A stretch of DNA of 63,568 nucleotides, filler included, from Reclinomonas americana ATCC 50394 (Eukaryota): the NCBI GenBank assembly GCA_048213135.1. It is 5 parts of 5 records of this genome, joined end to end, with 100 filler letters (N's around TTAATTAATTAA, not from the genome) between each part and the next. Parts side by side here need not be neighbours in the genome. Positions count along the whole stretch, not along the records: positions 1 to 16,728 come from PS015453.1; 4 more parts are not named here. The stretch is one strand, 5' to 3'. The translations under genes were made by a program, and so were the position numbers. The notes below the pieces were generated by a model, which was not told the origin of the DNA, made no database searches, and worked only from the letters and a program-made list of their open reading frames with translations. This document shows positions 1 to 13,600 of this stretch, one piece after another. Every line of letters starts with the position of its first letter. Position 1 is the stretch's first letter.

Positions 1-37
1 TTGATTGATTGATGGACTGACTTGCATGCATGCACAG

Positions 38-440
38 GTTCCACGTGCTGAAGGTGTACGAGAGCGATGTGGATGTGGAGAGCGCGTCGCTGAAGCCCGG
101 CGACCACAAGTGCTTTGTCACGGGCGGTGAAGACTTCCCGGTTCGGTTATACGATTTTGAGACGTTTGGCGAACGAGGTGACCTCCCTCCCTTCTGCCTC
201 TCCTTCTCGCCATGGTTGTACTCACTCCTTCAACGACCCGCAGAATGCAACCGCGGCCATCACGGTCCGGTACACTGCGTGCGATTCGCGCCCGACGGCC
301 TCTCGTACGGCTCCAGCAGCGAGGATGGCACCATTCGCATATGGACCGTCGGCGGCGGCGGAAGCAGCGTGGTCGCCGGTGGGCCCGCCGGTGCATCCGC
401 AGCAACTGCAGCCTCGCCAGTCTCCGACACTGAGGCATGA
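38..440 (+). CDS. STRAP: STRAP/UNRIP WD40 protein, 3' exons (38-177, 244-440); 5' part outside window
   Basis: Spliced peptide DVESASLKP...FVTGGEDF..RLYDF...ECNRGHHGPVHCVRFAPDGLSYGSSSEDGTIRIW matches the STRAP C-terminal WD repeats; intron 178-243 (GTGACC..CAG). Confidence 0.88.
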
Positions 441-680
441 TGATACAAACAATGCAGGGAAGGGAGAGGCAGGCTGGCGAAGGACCGGAATGTAAGCATA
501 GGATGATCGCGATTTCGCAGCTAGCTAGCCTCAATTTCGTTCTTCGTCGGCAGCAGCGCGCAAAGCATCGTCGGTGTGCGACATCCTTCTCCGTCGTTCT
601 CCTTCCCTCCTTCTAGAATCTGACAAGCGTTCACAGCGCACGCGCGTGTTGTTTCCTGTGGGAGAGAGAGAAGAGAAAGA

Positions 681-2325
681 ATGCTGTCAGGGTTGCGTCG
701 ACTCGATGTGTACCCCAAGACGATTGAGGAGTTCAGTGTGCGCACCTACTCGGGTGCCGTGCTGACCATCATCTCGGGCCTCATCATCTTCATCTTGGTC
801 GTGGGCGAGCTGTCGTACTACTTGGCCACGGAGAGGCACGATCGCCTCGATGTGGATACGACACGTGGCGAGCGCCTCACCATTCGTTGCGTCAACGCAC
901 TCGTGCACACACACACACGCACGCACTCACACGCACGCGTGCAGACTTCAACATCACGTTCCCAAGGATCGCCTGCGACAGTTGCGTGTGTGCGCGAGTG
1001 TGACGCTCTCATTTCGCGCCATGGCGTGTCACTCACGCGCCTCTCTCTCTCTCTCTCCCTCCTTCTCTCCTCTGCTGCTGCTGCTGGTGCGTCGCTTCCC
1101 CGCGCACATGCACAGTTTTGACACTGGACGCTGTCGACGTGTCGGGTGAGCAGCAAGTGGCCATTGATCACAATATTATAAAAACGAGGATAGACGAGAA
1201 CGGGAACAAGGTGGTGTCACTCGGCGAGGCCAGTTGCGTCTCCACAGAGAGATGCATCTCAGCATCATGGTGGTGATCATTTGCGATCATCTCAAATTTG
1301 TTTTCTTCGTTTCACTGCAGAACTCGGTGAAGACGAGGCCTCGGTGGAGAAGGCCAAGGCGGCGTTGGCCACCCCCGGCAAGGACTACTGCGGCAGCTGC
1401 TACGGTGCCGAGCAGTCGCCCGGTGATTGCTGCAACACGTTGCGTGCAGGGCGGGAGGCAGCGACTCTACCCCGTCATGTGTTGATGGTCCTTGTCGGTG
1501 TGCAGTTGCGAGGAAGTGCGTGCTGCGTACCAGCGCAATGGCTGGGCCTTCTACCCGAACGAGTCGGTGGAGCAGTGCTTCCGTGAGATTCTCCAGCGTC
1601 GCATGCGTGGCAACATTATCGAGGGCTGCAACATCGACGGTCGTCTGCAAGTCAATCGGCTCGCCGGCAACTTCCACTTGTCGCCCGGGCGCTCGTTCCA
1701 GCTGCTGCATGCGGCGTCGGGTGCCTCGCAGACGAGTGAGCTCGATGTGACGCACACGATTCACACAATGGCGTTTGGTGAGGAGTTCCCCGGGCAGAAG
1801 AATCCTCTCGACAACATTCACCGCCCCACGTCTGGCGGCCTGGAGGTGTTCCAGTACTTTGTGAAGGTGGTGCCGACGTCGTACTCGTCCAGCCGTCGCT
1901 CGTACAAGACGAACCAGTACTCGGTCACCGAGCACGTAAGAAAGCTCGGCGCCAACACGATTGCGCGTGGAATCATGCCGGGAGTTTCGTTTCCTCTCGC
2001 TCTCCCTCTCTCCCTCTGTGTGTGTTGGTTTGGCAGGTTCGTGATTCTCACCTCGTCACGGTCTCCGACACAGGTGTTTTTCATCTACGATCTGTCGCCC
2101 ATCTCGGTGCACATCAAGGAAGACTCGCGCTCTTTCCTGCAGTTCCTCACGTCGGTGTGCGCCGTCGTCGGCGGCGTGATCACCATCTCCTCAATCGTCG
2201 ACAAGCTGCTGTACAACTTGTTGAAGAAGCTGGAGAAGGATCACAACCTCGGCAAGGTGAGCATGCTCACTGCGCGCTGTCTCGTCGATGTCTCCCTCAC
2301 TCATATGCATGCGCAGCCGTCGTGA
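681..2325 (+). CDS. ERGIC3: ER-Golgi intermediate compartment protein 3 / Erv46; exons 681-885, 945-980, 1116-1232, 1321-1438, 1506-1983, 2074-2256, 2317-2325
   Basis: LDVYPKTIEEFSVRT.SGA, LDAVDVSGEQQ, YCGSCYGAE...CCNTCEEVRAAY, EGCNIDGRLQVNRLAGNFHLSPG, FQYFVKVVPT, PGVFFIYDLSPI, FLTSVCAVVGG all join in frame via GT-AG introns. Confidence 0.95.
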
Positions 2326-2523
2326 GCATGTGCTGGTGGGTGATGTCGTGCCGTTCTAGTTGCTGCCAGACCGCAGCGACGAAGACGTGCAAGATGAGTG
2401 GAGGGCGGGGGAATGAGGCTCGGTTGGTTTGCGGCGAATAAAACACAGAAGCGAAAAAAACAACGATGGAGCATTGCATGCGTTGATGATTTATGAGACC
2501 GATACGTGACAGGCAGGCGCCGA

Positions 2524-5500
2524 TCATGCCAGCTCCTGTCGACGGTACTTGTCCTCGGGGAACAGCTGCGCCGAGACCACGCGGCCGGCAAAGAAACGCT
2601 TGTCCAGCCCGTTGATGGCCTGCTGCGCAGCTGTGGGCACACGCAAGACGAAGTGAGGAGGGGGAGAGAGAGTGTGAAGGCGCAGGACGGTTCGGACGCA
2701 ACAAGCTGGGCTGAGGAACACCACAAAGATGTTGACGTAGCCCTCGTCGGCAGCAGCACGCGGCGGTTGCACGTACTTGGTCACCACCTCCTGCTCAGTT
2801 CACACACACTGCTGTGTTAGCAAAACGACGCGAGACGCCCTCACAATCTCCCACCCAACGCAACGACGGCGCCGAATTTCGTGCACTCCTCGCGCACTTC
2901 CTCCTCCAGATTCTCGTCCACCTGATCCGGCGACACCATGTTCTTCAGCACCACCACGCGCGAAGCCTCGCCACGCGAGGCCAGCTGCTGCATGAGTCGC
3001 TGCCGATCGGCTGCCGAGCCAATGCTGACCGATTCCTCGCGCGCAATGCTCTCCACTTGTCCGGTGCCACGTCCAATGCCGCCGAGATTGCCAAACACGG
3101 CGGTCGCCGAGAACACTGATCGCGCATCATGAAAGATGGTGAGTCGTGGAGCAAAGGAGAAACGTGTGTGTGAGGCAAGCAACGCACTGGCCGGGCTGGC
3201 TTCCTGCGTGCCGCCAAGACCACCGTGGCTGGCGGCGGCCGCCGTTGCCATGCTGCCGGTGGCCGGTCCAATCTGCATTGGGAGACAGCATCGGTGATGA
3301 GCGAATTTGGAGTGAACAGGCAATGGGCAAACGTGCTCACCCGCAGCTTGCGGCCAGCCAACTCGAAACTGCGCACGGCGCACACGATCAGCAGGAGTGA
3401 AGAAATCAGCAAATTGTGTGCGACTGCATACCCATCCATGTGCTCCATGGCCATCTTGGCGTCCTCTGGCCTCTCAAACTCAACGAATCCATATCCGCGG
3501 TGCTTGCCGGTCTCTGGGTTCGGCTGCATTGACGAAGCAATGAAAAAATCGAATGAGAACGAGGCGGCAGAAAGAATGTGATCATGAATGGACGTGCGAA
3601 CCAGCAGCTGCACAGAGCGGATCGCTCCAAAACTGGAGAACAGCGACTTGATTTCGTTTTCACCCAGTTCCCACGCAATCGAGCCGACGTAGATGCGAGC
3701 TGCCGGGTTCACCGAGGCCACCAGACCAATCGGAGCACCAGCGATGCCGCCGGTCGCCAGAGCGTTGAAGCGAGCGCCGATGGCGGTCGCAGCCTGTTGC
3801 GCACGTGTCAGGGCGGCCTGCGCAGTGGCCGGGACGTTGAACATTACATTCGGTGTAGCCGACGGCGCCGGCGGCACCGGGTTGTTGGGACGGCCGACTT
3901 TCAGCACTCTGCGTCACGTGTAAGCACCAGATCATGCGAGACATGCGACAACGGCAGCGGCCGCAGCAGCAGCTGCGGCTGTCGACAAGAACAGAACAAA
4001 GAATGCAACCAAAACACCAAGACACAAACAAACAAACAAAACCAAACAAAAACACACAAAGAGCATTCGGTGAGGGAGAGGCCAGCAGCTCACACACATG
4101 CACTGCACTTGTTACCCTTTTGCCAGTGGTCACGCCTGTTATGATTTTTTCAAGCAACACACACGACAGCAACGCAAACACAATCCCAAACAACAGCAGC
4201 AAAAAAAGGGGGGACAGCAAACAGCAGACCGCAACAACAGAAAACAAAACACATCATCCGCGATCAGTTGCTCACGCCCGCACGATAACCATGGCAAGCA
4301 CCCACAGCAGCCCCGTGCACACAAACACGCACAAATACACAGAGAAATGTACTCGCCTGTTGCCGAGAGCGAATCCGTTCATGTACTGCATGGCCATTTG
4401 GGCACTCTGCACACACACACACACACACCGCACGTAAGTGGCCAGAAAATGAAGACACTCACACCGACAACAGCACCCACCTCCGCCGTCACATATTCAA
4501 TAAAGCAGTAGCCCTTGTGGCGATTGGTTTGTGGATCCTGGTTGGTCGGGGAGGGAGTGGATAGTGAGTCGGCATGGCAGGACTTGTTTGTTGCAAGTAC
4601 CATGTGACGCAACAAAGGTGAAGGAAATGTTGGCAATCGGACCAAAGCCCGAGAACGCTGCGCGAATGTCGGCCTCTGTCAACTCGTAGCTAATGGAACC
4701 TGCCAGTGCGTCACCACAGAAGGTAAGCGCACGAGCATGCAAGAGAGAGAGAGAAACAGAGACGGCTGACGCACCGACATAGATGCGCGAGGCCAGTGAG
4801 TTGGTTCGTTGCAGCTGCGCCTGGTAGTGCGCCTGCTGCAGCATTTGCTGCTGCAACAGAACGGCTTGCGCATTCACTGCGCGACGACGTGTGTGAGCGA
4901 GTCGCGAGACAATGACAAAACGAGAGGAGCACGCGACTCACTTGCTGGCGCCGGCGCACGCGTTGCATCACCAGCACCGCGACCCGGCGGCGACACGGAG
5001 CGTGAGCGCGAACGACGAGGCGAGCGTGAACGCGACAACGGAGAGCGCGATCTGCTGGAGCGACGGTGACGCGACGAGCGACTTGAGCGGTGCTTGTCGC
5101 GCTCTCGATGGCGATCACGCTCCCTCTCCCTCTCCCGATCACGATCCCGATCACGGTAGTCACGATCCTTGTCGCCGCGACGACTGCTGCTGCCACTGCT
5201 GCTCACATGCCGCCGACGCGGGCTTCCATCCTCTTCGTCACTGTCATCGGAGCGACGATGACGCGACGAGGAGCCAGTGCGATGTCGACTGTGTCGATGC
5301 CGAATGCGACGCATGTCGTCATCGTAGTCATCTCCAGGAACTGCAATCGGTTCCCCATCATCGTCGTCGTCGGAGCGTGGCGAGCTGCGTCTCCGCCGCT
5401 TCCGATCATCCCGAGAGAGACTGTCGGCGCGCGGCGACCGCGACCGCTTGCGTGACGACGATGTGCGCACTCGAGGCGACTTCTCGTTCTCTCTCACATC

Positions 5501-5575
5501 GTCTGGTGGCGGCACTGCAGGTCCCTCATACACCGGGCCCGCATCATCACCATTGCCGCTGTGTGTCGTCTCCAT
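2524..5575 (-). CDS. PUF60: Poly(U)-binding splicing factor PUF60/half-pint (RS/RD-rich N-terminus, 2 RRM, C-terminal UHM); 11 introns
   Basis: RIYVGSISYELTEADIRAAFSGFGPI...HKGYCFIEY, LGNRVLKVGRPNN, RIYVGSIAWEL...TGKHRGYGFVEF, SRVVVLKNMVSPDQVDENLEEEVREECTKFGAV, FFAGRVVSAQLF; start ATG at 5575 is inferred. Confidence 0.9.
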
Positions 5576-5796
5576 CTCTGTGTGTGTGCGGGAGGGAGAG
5601 TGAGAGTCCAGTGGCAATGGCCCACTCGGGAGAGAAAACAGGCAACTCTTGCACAATGCACTCTCTCACTCTGCCCTCGCACGGAGAAGCACGCAGACAG
5701 ATGGAGACACACGCAGCGTGTACTCACCGTGTTGCAACGCAGTGTTATGACGTCGGCACAGCGCGAGTCGTCATTGTCAATGTCCAGCTACACTCC

Positions 5797-8700
5797 ATGC
5801 AACGTCGTCGACCGCAATCGGCGCCGCAACGGCCAGTGTCGCGCCCACGCAGCGCCACACCGACACACACGATGCCGCCACGCGTACCCTCACCATCGGC
5901 GTCCTCCACGGCAACAACCGCCGCCACCGCCACTCGCTCACACCACCAACAACAACGCCCCGCAACGGCTACCTCTCACTCCACGACGACGACGACGACC
6001 GCTGCCGACGGCGACGTAAGAGTCTCACGGCAGTCGTCCTCCAGCTCGCTTGGGCTGGCACGCGAGGCGGCAGCAGGCAAGGTGCGTCCGGCGTCGACGG
6101 GGCGTCCGCACTCGGCGTTGGGTCTGACACGACCGGCGGGGGCGATTGTCAACTCGTTTGGCTTTGCTGTTGGCGACTATGTGACGTCGTTCCCGCGCGG
6201 AGAGGCCTCGTGTTTGGCACCGGGTGGCGAGCCGCCGCTGAATCGCAGTCAGCAGCACATGTTGCACTCGATGACGAAAAAGTTTGCAGAGCCGATATCT
6301 GTTTCCGTGTGCGTGTGGTGAGTGGCTGACTGGTGTGGTGCGTGAGCAGGCACTACAAGTACTCGGCTCGTGAGTTGGTGGATACGCGACTCAGTGTCGT
6401 CAAGAGGTGCGGAGGAGCAGCGGTTCGAAACGGGGTTGGTGGTTGTTGTTGCTTCTTACCACGGAATGATGCAGTCGGCATGCCACACCGACTCTGGTGG
6501 GCGATCCGACCTCGCCTCGCATTGTGATCAAGCGAGATGTGGAGGTGAGGCTGCCGCAGCACATGCACCGTCGTCATCATCGCTGGTCAGACTCAGTCTG
6601 CAAGTGCAGTTCTTCGACTTGCGACGAGCCATGCGCGCCGCCTCGCAGCAGTACATCAATCCAGACAAGCGTGTGTTGCTGCGTGACTTGTACTTTGACT
6701 CGCTGACCGCCACCTACAAGCGCAAACCCATGGAGCGATTCGGTGCGACGCGGCGTAGTGCGTGTGTGTGTGTTCCATCCCGCCTTCCCCTCACCCTCTT
6801 CTCTGCGCGCAGTGCAAAAGACGGCGGCCAACGAAGCACTGAGTGCGGAGCATGTCAAGGAGCGCGCAAGTCTCGGCAACAGTCTGGGACTGGGTGTTGG
6901 CAGGTCACGCGAGCCGGACGATCTGGTCGACATGGTTCTGCGACAGCGCATGGAGGGTGCCTCGGAGGACGAGAAGAACGCCATTCTGCCGGGCGAGTAC
7001 GTCGTCGGCAGTGTGGAGCAGGTGTACCCGTACCGAGCCGAGGTCGACATCCGAGTGTGGCAGGCCGGCAATCGCATGCTGAAAGACAGACCGATGATTC
7101 ACATGAGTGTGGAGAAACTGCGCAAGATCACTCCGCAGCAGTTTGCACGCTCCTGCCGGCAACGATGGGTGGAACACTTTGCACTCACCGTACAGCAGAA
7201 TCAGGATGGCAGCGACGAGTTGCGTTCCCTCCGCACACGTGCACGTGTGCGGTGTCTGTCACCTCACAGGCTCACACAGTGAGCTCGCCGCCACTGGCGC
7301 ATCACGGCCGTCGCGTCCTCCGTCTGCCAAATCTGCACCAGCCACCGCTCGCCGCCTCCAGCACCTGCGTCGCACCGCCGAGCAGGAGATGGTGTCGACT
7401 GACCGATCGACTGCTGCGCCACCAGCTGGTCCCACGCATCCGTACTTGACACCACGGACTGTGGAGGTGCAATAAGACGCTCATTGTTGGTGCTGATGTT
7501 GATGATAATGAGCAGCTAGCTGATCGTATGAACGTGAGCCGCGCAGTTTCGTGACCGCATCGCCTCGTCGGTGGACTACGATGTGGAGGCCGACATGGCT
7601 CTCATTCACGAGGAGATGGGCTTGAAGCGGCTCGAGTCGGCTCCTGTGCGGCCCACGTCGGCACCGCCCACGGCACTGAGTGCCATGATGCCACCGGCGC
7701 TGCGGTCAGACTCGCCACCATCTCGATCGTTCTTCCTCACGCAGCAAGGTGGAGCAGAGCATTCTGCGCTTCCCGCTGGTGGTGTGCTGGCGTCCAGGAT
7801 TCGAGCCGCAGTGCATGCCGCCACTCGCACCAATGTGGTCTTTGTCGGTGACCGAGGTCTGCATCCCCACAATGACAGCGAGATGAGAAGACTGTGTGTG
7901 TGTCTTTTTGACTTTGATTGTTTGTGTGTGTGTGTGTGTGTGTGTGGCGCAGCGCTTGCACGAGCCAAGGAGAAACGCAAGGAGGACCGAACTCGACGGC
8001 GACTGGAAGAGCTTTCGAGTAAGACAGCCAACAATCAGACGTACAAGCCGACTAAGCAGCTGGTCTCCGTGCAGTCCATGGATCTGACGTCGGTGGCCGC
8101 GGGGCCCGACACCAAGGTATGGAGGGAAGATAATGTGGCGAGCAAGATCACTAGCTGATTATCTTTCTCCCAGTTCAAGCACATGTTGTCGCACTCGCAA
8201 AACACCGACAGGGGCGAGGTCGCGTCCATGTACGTCAACCGCATCTCCACCCTCGAGGCGTGCTATGAAGTGCGTGCATGCATGCGTGCAAGCAACACAT
8301 TATTTACGGCTCACCTGTGCACTCGCAACAGGCAAGTCCGGCTGCGATATTACAGGCGAAGCTCTTCGACAGTGTAGTGGTCGGCAGTGTGGCTGCCGTG
8401 CTGGACCTCAACTTTATGATAATCGATACCGAGTATGGTGTGCATACGAGTGTGACGCACGTGTGTGTTTGGGATCGCTCCTGCTGACAGTATTCTGTGC
8501 GTGCGACAGGCTCGTTGTTGGCTCGTTTCTTTGCGCTGGAGGTACTGCCGGAGGAGCAGCGGCATCACATGGGCTATGTGCAAGTTGCGTGTGCATCTGC
8601 TTGTCATCTTTGCATCACCTCCACTCATCATCTACTGGCGCACGTGCGCAGCGAGTGAACGCCATGGTGTCGCACCTGCAGAATCTCCGATTTCGCACTC

Positions 8701-10557
8701 TCGGTGTCACAAAGGAGGATGTGCTCATTGTCGACGTGCAGTTCAGCGAAGGCGGCTCCGTGCAGGTTTGTTTGTGCGCCGCGTCCCTACTCGCACTTGT
8801 GTGCGGATGTGTGACTCCTCCTGCAGCTGGAGATGCTTGCGCAGGGTCTCGGCCGACTGTCGTACACCGACCTCGACATGCTGAATCACACACATCGTGA
8901 CACGATTCTCGACCGAGACTACAAGCAGGAGCTGATTGAGGCCAATGAGAAGGCGAAAAAGGCGAAGCGTGGTCTGTGGGGCGCTCCTTCTCCCGGCGCT
9001 GCCATGAGTGCGGGAATGGCGCGACGAAGTTGCGCGATCGTCGTGATTTCCTGTGCATTCTCAACACATGCCTGAACCCAGTTTTGCAGAGTCTGTCGTC
9101 ATTGGCGCGGGCGGTGGCGGTCTCGGCATGCGGCCATCCCCATCTCTGTCTCCCAGTGTGCATTCACCCCGTGCCATTTCGCCCCTTGTGCGCTCCACCA
9201 CGCCGTCGGATCCGGGCGACAGGTGTGTCCGCCGAATGCGTTTGTGTTGTTTTTCTGTGTACCGTGCACCTCACTCGCCATTGATGGAGCAGCAGCCCGG
9301 ATCGCTCACGATCTCGATCGCCGTTCTTTGCCGTGGGCCAGGACGAATTCACTGATACGCCGGCCACTGAACCCGGTGTGGCGAGTGCCATTCCGTTCCA
9401 CGTGACATCCGCACGCCGTGCCTCCATGCCGGCAGTGCAGATGCCGCCGCCGCCCCTGATCAGCTCCTCACCGCGTGGCAGCATTGCTAGCGGGTCACAG
9501 GGCGACATTTCACGACTGCGCAACAAGATCCGGCTTGGCTCGCCGTCGGCACAGCGCATGTTGGACACAGGTGCTCCACCCAGCGACACCTCGTCGACCA
9601 CAATGCCGCGAATTCCCGACTCGCCGCCGCAGACGCGGCAGACACGCTCCGTGACCATCTCAAGCATGGCAGTCACCACGCATTCGTACACCCCGTCGCC
9701 AGTCGACATGCAGGAAGACGAGCTGATCTTGCATGACGACATTTCGCGCGTGCGCAGTCGCCGGCGTGTGCAGAGCGGCGACGATGGCGGTGTGGACCAC
9801 CACAGTCGCGTGGAAGATAGTGGTGACGAAGATGACGACGACGATGACGACGACACAGTGCCGCCGCCTCGCGTGCACCTCTCGGCCAGGCGTGCCAGCG
9901 AGGGCACGGCGCTGATTGGCTTCTCGGCAGCGGTGCCGACGAACGTACCGTCGTCGACGGCACCGAGTGGCACCAACGGACACAGCACAACCACGTCGTG
10001 GTCGATGCGAACAGCGTCGGATGACCATGGTGAGGTCGGCATTGGACGGATGGACATGAGTCCCGAGTTGTCCATCTCCATCATGCCCCGCATGGTGCAA
10101 GTGGAAGACTCGGCAGCGGTGCGTCTCACAAGCCTTTGTCTTGTCTTGTTCTATCGCCCTGTGCAACTGATTGTATTGCGCGTGGTTGTGGCAGGAGTAT
10201 CGTCGACGCGGCTCATCCGTGTCGCCCATCAGCCATTCGCCGGCGGAGTTTGCACACATACACACGCACAGCAACTCTCTCGATGTACTGCCGGTGGCGC
10301 TGGTTGCCAAGTACACCAGCATCTGTGCGTTGTTGGATGAGCAGATTCGCGCGGAGAACCAGCGCAAGCTGGCGAGTGCGTTGAATGCGCGACCGGTTTC
10401 TCGCGGCAGCACTGCCGACGCGGACCTGAATGGGCCCCCCATCGACGCAAATCCAATGCCGGTGATGGCTGTGCTCTTCCCCAGTGCCGACCAGGAGATC
10501 ATGACGTTCAATGCTCGCCGAGGTGGCTTTGCCGGTGGCCTCAACGTGCCGAGATAA
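5797..10557 (+). CDS. Large multi-exon protein, mostly low-complexity (RPxSA motifs), with a staphylococcal nuclease (SNase)-like segment at about 8330-8990
   Basis: Exons chain in frame through GT-AG introns (e.g. 7219-7279, 8584-8651, 9029-9088); the segment ending MLAQGLGR...YKQELIEANEKAKKAKRGLWG resembles the SNase-fold C-terminal helix; stop TAA at 10557; some internal junctions unresolved. Confidence 0.55.
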
Positions 10558-10654
10558 AAAAAGACAAATCCCGCACACTGGTGGTGTAGCTTTGTAACTT
10601 GTAATGAATGTTAGTGGTTGTTTACTCGCGACTTGCGTGCCAACCCACCACTGA

Positions 10655-13600
10655 TCAGCGTAGCTCCGCCTGTAGCGACGAGAGACGCTGCAGCACACGG
10701 ATTTCGCGTTCGGCTCTTGTCGATAGTCTGTGGGGACGTGTGAGCGAAAGGAATCGTGTCGACAATGGGAAAGCGCGGCCCTCGCAAACAACAAACCTGT
10801 GCTGCTCATCGTGCATGAGGAGTGCCATGGGGTCACCGTGGTCGACCGCGAGAGCGGCAGCAGCAAACTCCTGTGCCTTGGCCGCGTCTTTTTGCTTCTT
10901 GATATCGGCAAGCGTCATGACTCGAACCTGATGCACTTGTGAGCATGTGACGCACAACCTCTTCCGCCCGTGAATTGCACTCTCACCGATGACTTGTTGC
11001 TGCGCATGCTGTGACTGGAGCTCTTGCGCCCTCCCAGCAGATCGAAACTGGTCTTCCGCTTTGCACCAGATGTGTTGCTGCGATTCGACATGGCCGACTG
11101 CGGCTGCCCGACGCCAGCCAGCGAGGTTGCCGACGGACCCTGCCGCTCCCTCTTGCGCTCTTGATGCGAGAGAGTACGCAACAGATTGCGAACCTCCTGC
11201 GCACGGTGGGTTAATAAGTCGTGACGCACAAGAGACAGCAATCACACACACACACACACGCGCGCAACTCCTGGCAGCGTGAAGCCGAGTGGATCGCGCA
11301 GCGACGGATACACGGCGAGTGCAATGTCCACCAGATCGAACATGACCACTGCCCGTTGGCCTTGCTCTGCGAGAAGCGTTTGAAAGTGAGTGATGTGGAG
11401 TGAATGTGTGCTGTTGCCACAAAGTGCTTGAGTTACCCATGTCTGGCGATGGTGAACGGAATCATGACAAGGCAATCAAAGGCAACAACAAAACAGTGCA
11501 GAGAGATAAAAGGCATAATGTGTGCAGTATTACGGGCGGGGCGGCAAGCGCGTGATGAGCTCCATGAAGCATGTACGAAAAACAGCAATCTCTATTCGAC
11601 TGCCAACACACACACACACGTCACCTTCCATGATCAGTAGTCGATCACCAGTCTGCTGCGCAAATCGTCCACACACAGAAGCAGGGGTGCGGATGGCGGC
11701 CTGTGGGAGCGGACCGGCTAGGAACGAGTCCATAGGTGAGGTGTTTGTCAGCTTGGCCAACATGTCGCCCGAGTCTGCATCATAGATGCGAACTTGGCAC
11801 GTTTCCGACACGGTGGCGCACTGGATACGTACAGATCAGCAACATACAACAGACACGACATCGACTGCAGCGTGTAGACCCACCATGTGGAAGTGAGGCC
11901 ACCACAGCATGTCGGCAATGGATTCCGGGCACTCCTCCAGCTTGACGGAGATCAGATGCTGACCTGCCAGCTGGTGTTCCTGCTTGGGCGAGAAGCGTGA
12001 CAGGGCCATCTGCACGCAAGACCGTCAGAGACACCCTCGACACTGGTTTCCGTCACACCACCACACAGTCACGCAACATCCGCTGGGCGCTCCACACTGC
12101 CGGCGGCTGCCGATGATGCGCCTGGCTTTCGCTGTACACCAGCAACGGACGACTGCGCGTCGGCGACATTATTCACATGCACAATGCCGTCGGCGTCACC
12201 CGACACCACCAAGCGAGATCGCGGTATCGAAACAAATGTGACACTGCGCTTATGTCTGGCGAGTACGTGCTCTTGCGTGGCTGTGAATTACAAAGAGCAT
12301 GAGGGTCGTGAAGCGCGCTCGTTGCGGTGGGTGGCCTCGTGACACAGCACCTGTAGTGAGATTCCAAAGCACGACGCCACCATTGGAGAGGCCGCACACC
12401 AACTGATCGCCCTCAGCACTGATGGCAGACGCCATGATGGGACTCGGGTGCAGCAGTTCACGATTCCCGCGCGGAGCCGTCAGCAGACCTGGAGAAACAC
12501 ACACACACACATGCTCATGAGCCACGACACGCATACACATCAACTGGCCCGTGCACGCAACTGTTTCCGGCTCCACTTCCCGAGGCTCCGCCAGCTGCTC
12601 CGACACCAGCAGGCAACCGACTCGGTGGCAGCGGCACCAAGCAGTGCAGGGTGACAGACAACGAGCCACGGTTGTACACGGCCACATGGCGGGTGACGCG
12701 ATACGGCAGCTGCCACAATGAGACGAAGATGCAGTTTAGCGACGACAAAGCAGATGATCCGTGTGTCTGGTGAATTCACCTCTGCGGCGCGAGATCGGTA
12801 GCCCGGCCCGCTGACAAAGTGGTACATGGGAATCACGCCGGCACCCGAGTCGAACACCGTGGCACCCGGTTCAATGGCAACCATGCCGGGAGGCACAGTG
12901 GGCTCTGGTGGCGCAGCAGCGGCGGCGGATGGTGGTGGACCCTGCGCAGGTGTCGTCAGCTTTACGACATGAATCATACTGCCCCATTCACGAGTCGCCA
13001 CCACTAACCTTGCCACCCTTCGCAGCAGGCGGTGGAGCAGCCGCGGCGGCAGGGGCTGGAANNNNNNNNNNNNNNNNNNNNNNNNNNNNNNNNNNNNNNN
13101 NNNNNNNNNNNNNNNNNNNNNNNNNNNNNNNNNNNNNNNNNNNNNNNNNNNNNNNNNNNNNNNNNNNNNNNNNNNNNNNNNNNNNNNNNNNNNNNNNNNN
13201 NNNNNNNNNNNNNNNNNNNNNNNNNNNNNNNNNNNNNNNNNNNNNNNNNNNNNNNNNNNNNNNNNNNNNNNNNNNNNNNNNNNNNNNNNNNNNNNNNNNN
13301 NNNNNNNNNNNNNNNNNNNNNNNNNNNNNNNNNNNNNNNNNNNNNNNNNNNNNNNNNNNNNNNNNNNNNNNNNNNNNNNNNNNNNNNNNNNNNNNNNNNN
13401 NNNNNNNNNNNNNNNNNNNNNNNNNNNNNNNNNNNNNNNNNNNNNNNNNNNNNNNNNNNNNNNNNNNNNNNNNNNNNNNNNNNNNNNNNNNNNNNNNNNN
13501 NNNNNNNNNNNNNNNNNNNNNNNNNNNNNNNNNNNNNNNNNNNNNNNNNNNNNNNNNNNNNNNNNNNNNNNNNNNNNNNNNNNNNCCGGCGCTGCTGCAG

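Noticed and set aside
178..2316. Stop-free 3n introns (178-243, 1984-2073, 2257-2316) suggesting programmed retention
   Set aside because: Expected by chance in short GC-rich introns; many other introns are not multiples of three.
11176..11182. GTTGCGT on the - strand as another shifted donor
   Set aside because: Lies within an open coding stretch (AQEVRNLLRTLSHQERK) and no intron is needed. It shows the motif alone is not proof of a donor.
12071..12077. Further candidate GTTGCGT donors (- strand 12077, 54036, 59421) and GTTGCAA at 26016
   Set aside because: Plausible, but the junctions could not be fixed by frame or homology, so they were left out of the count.
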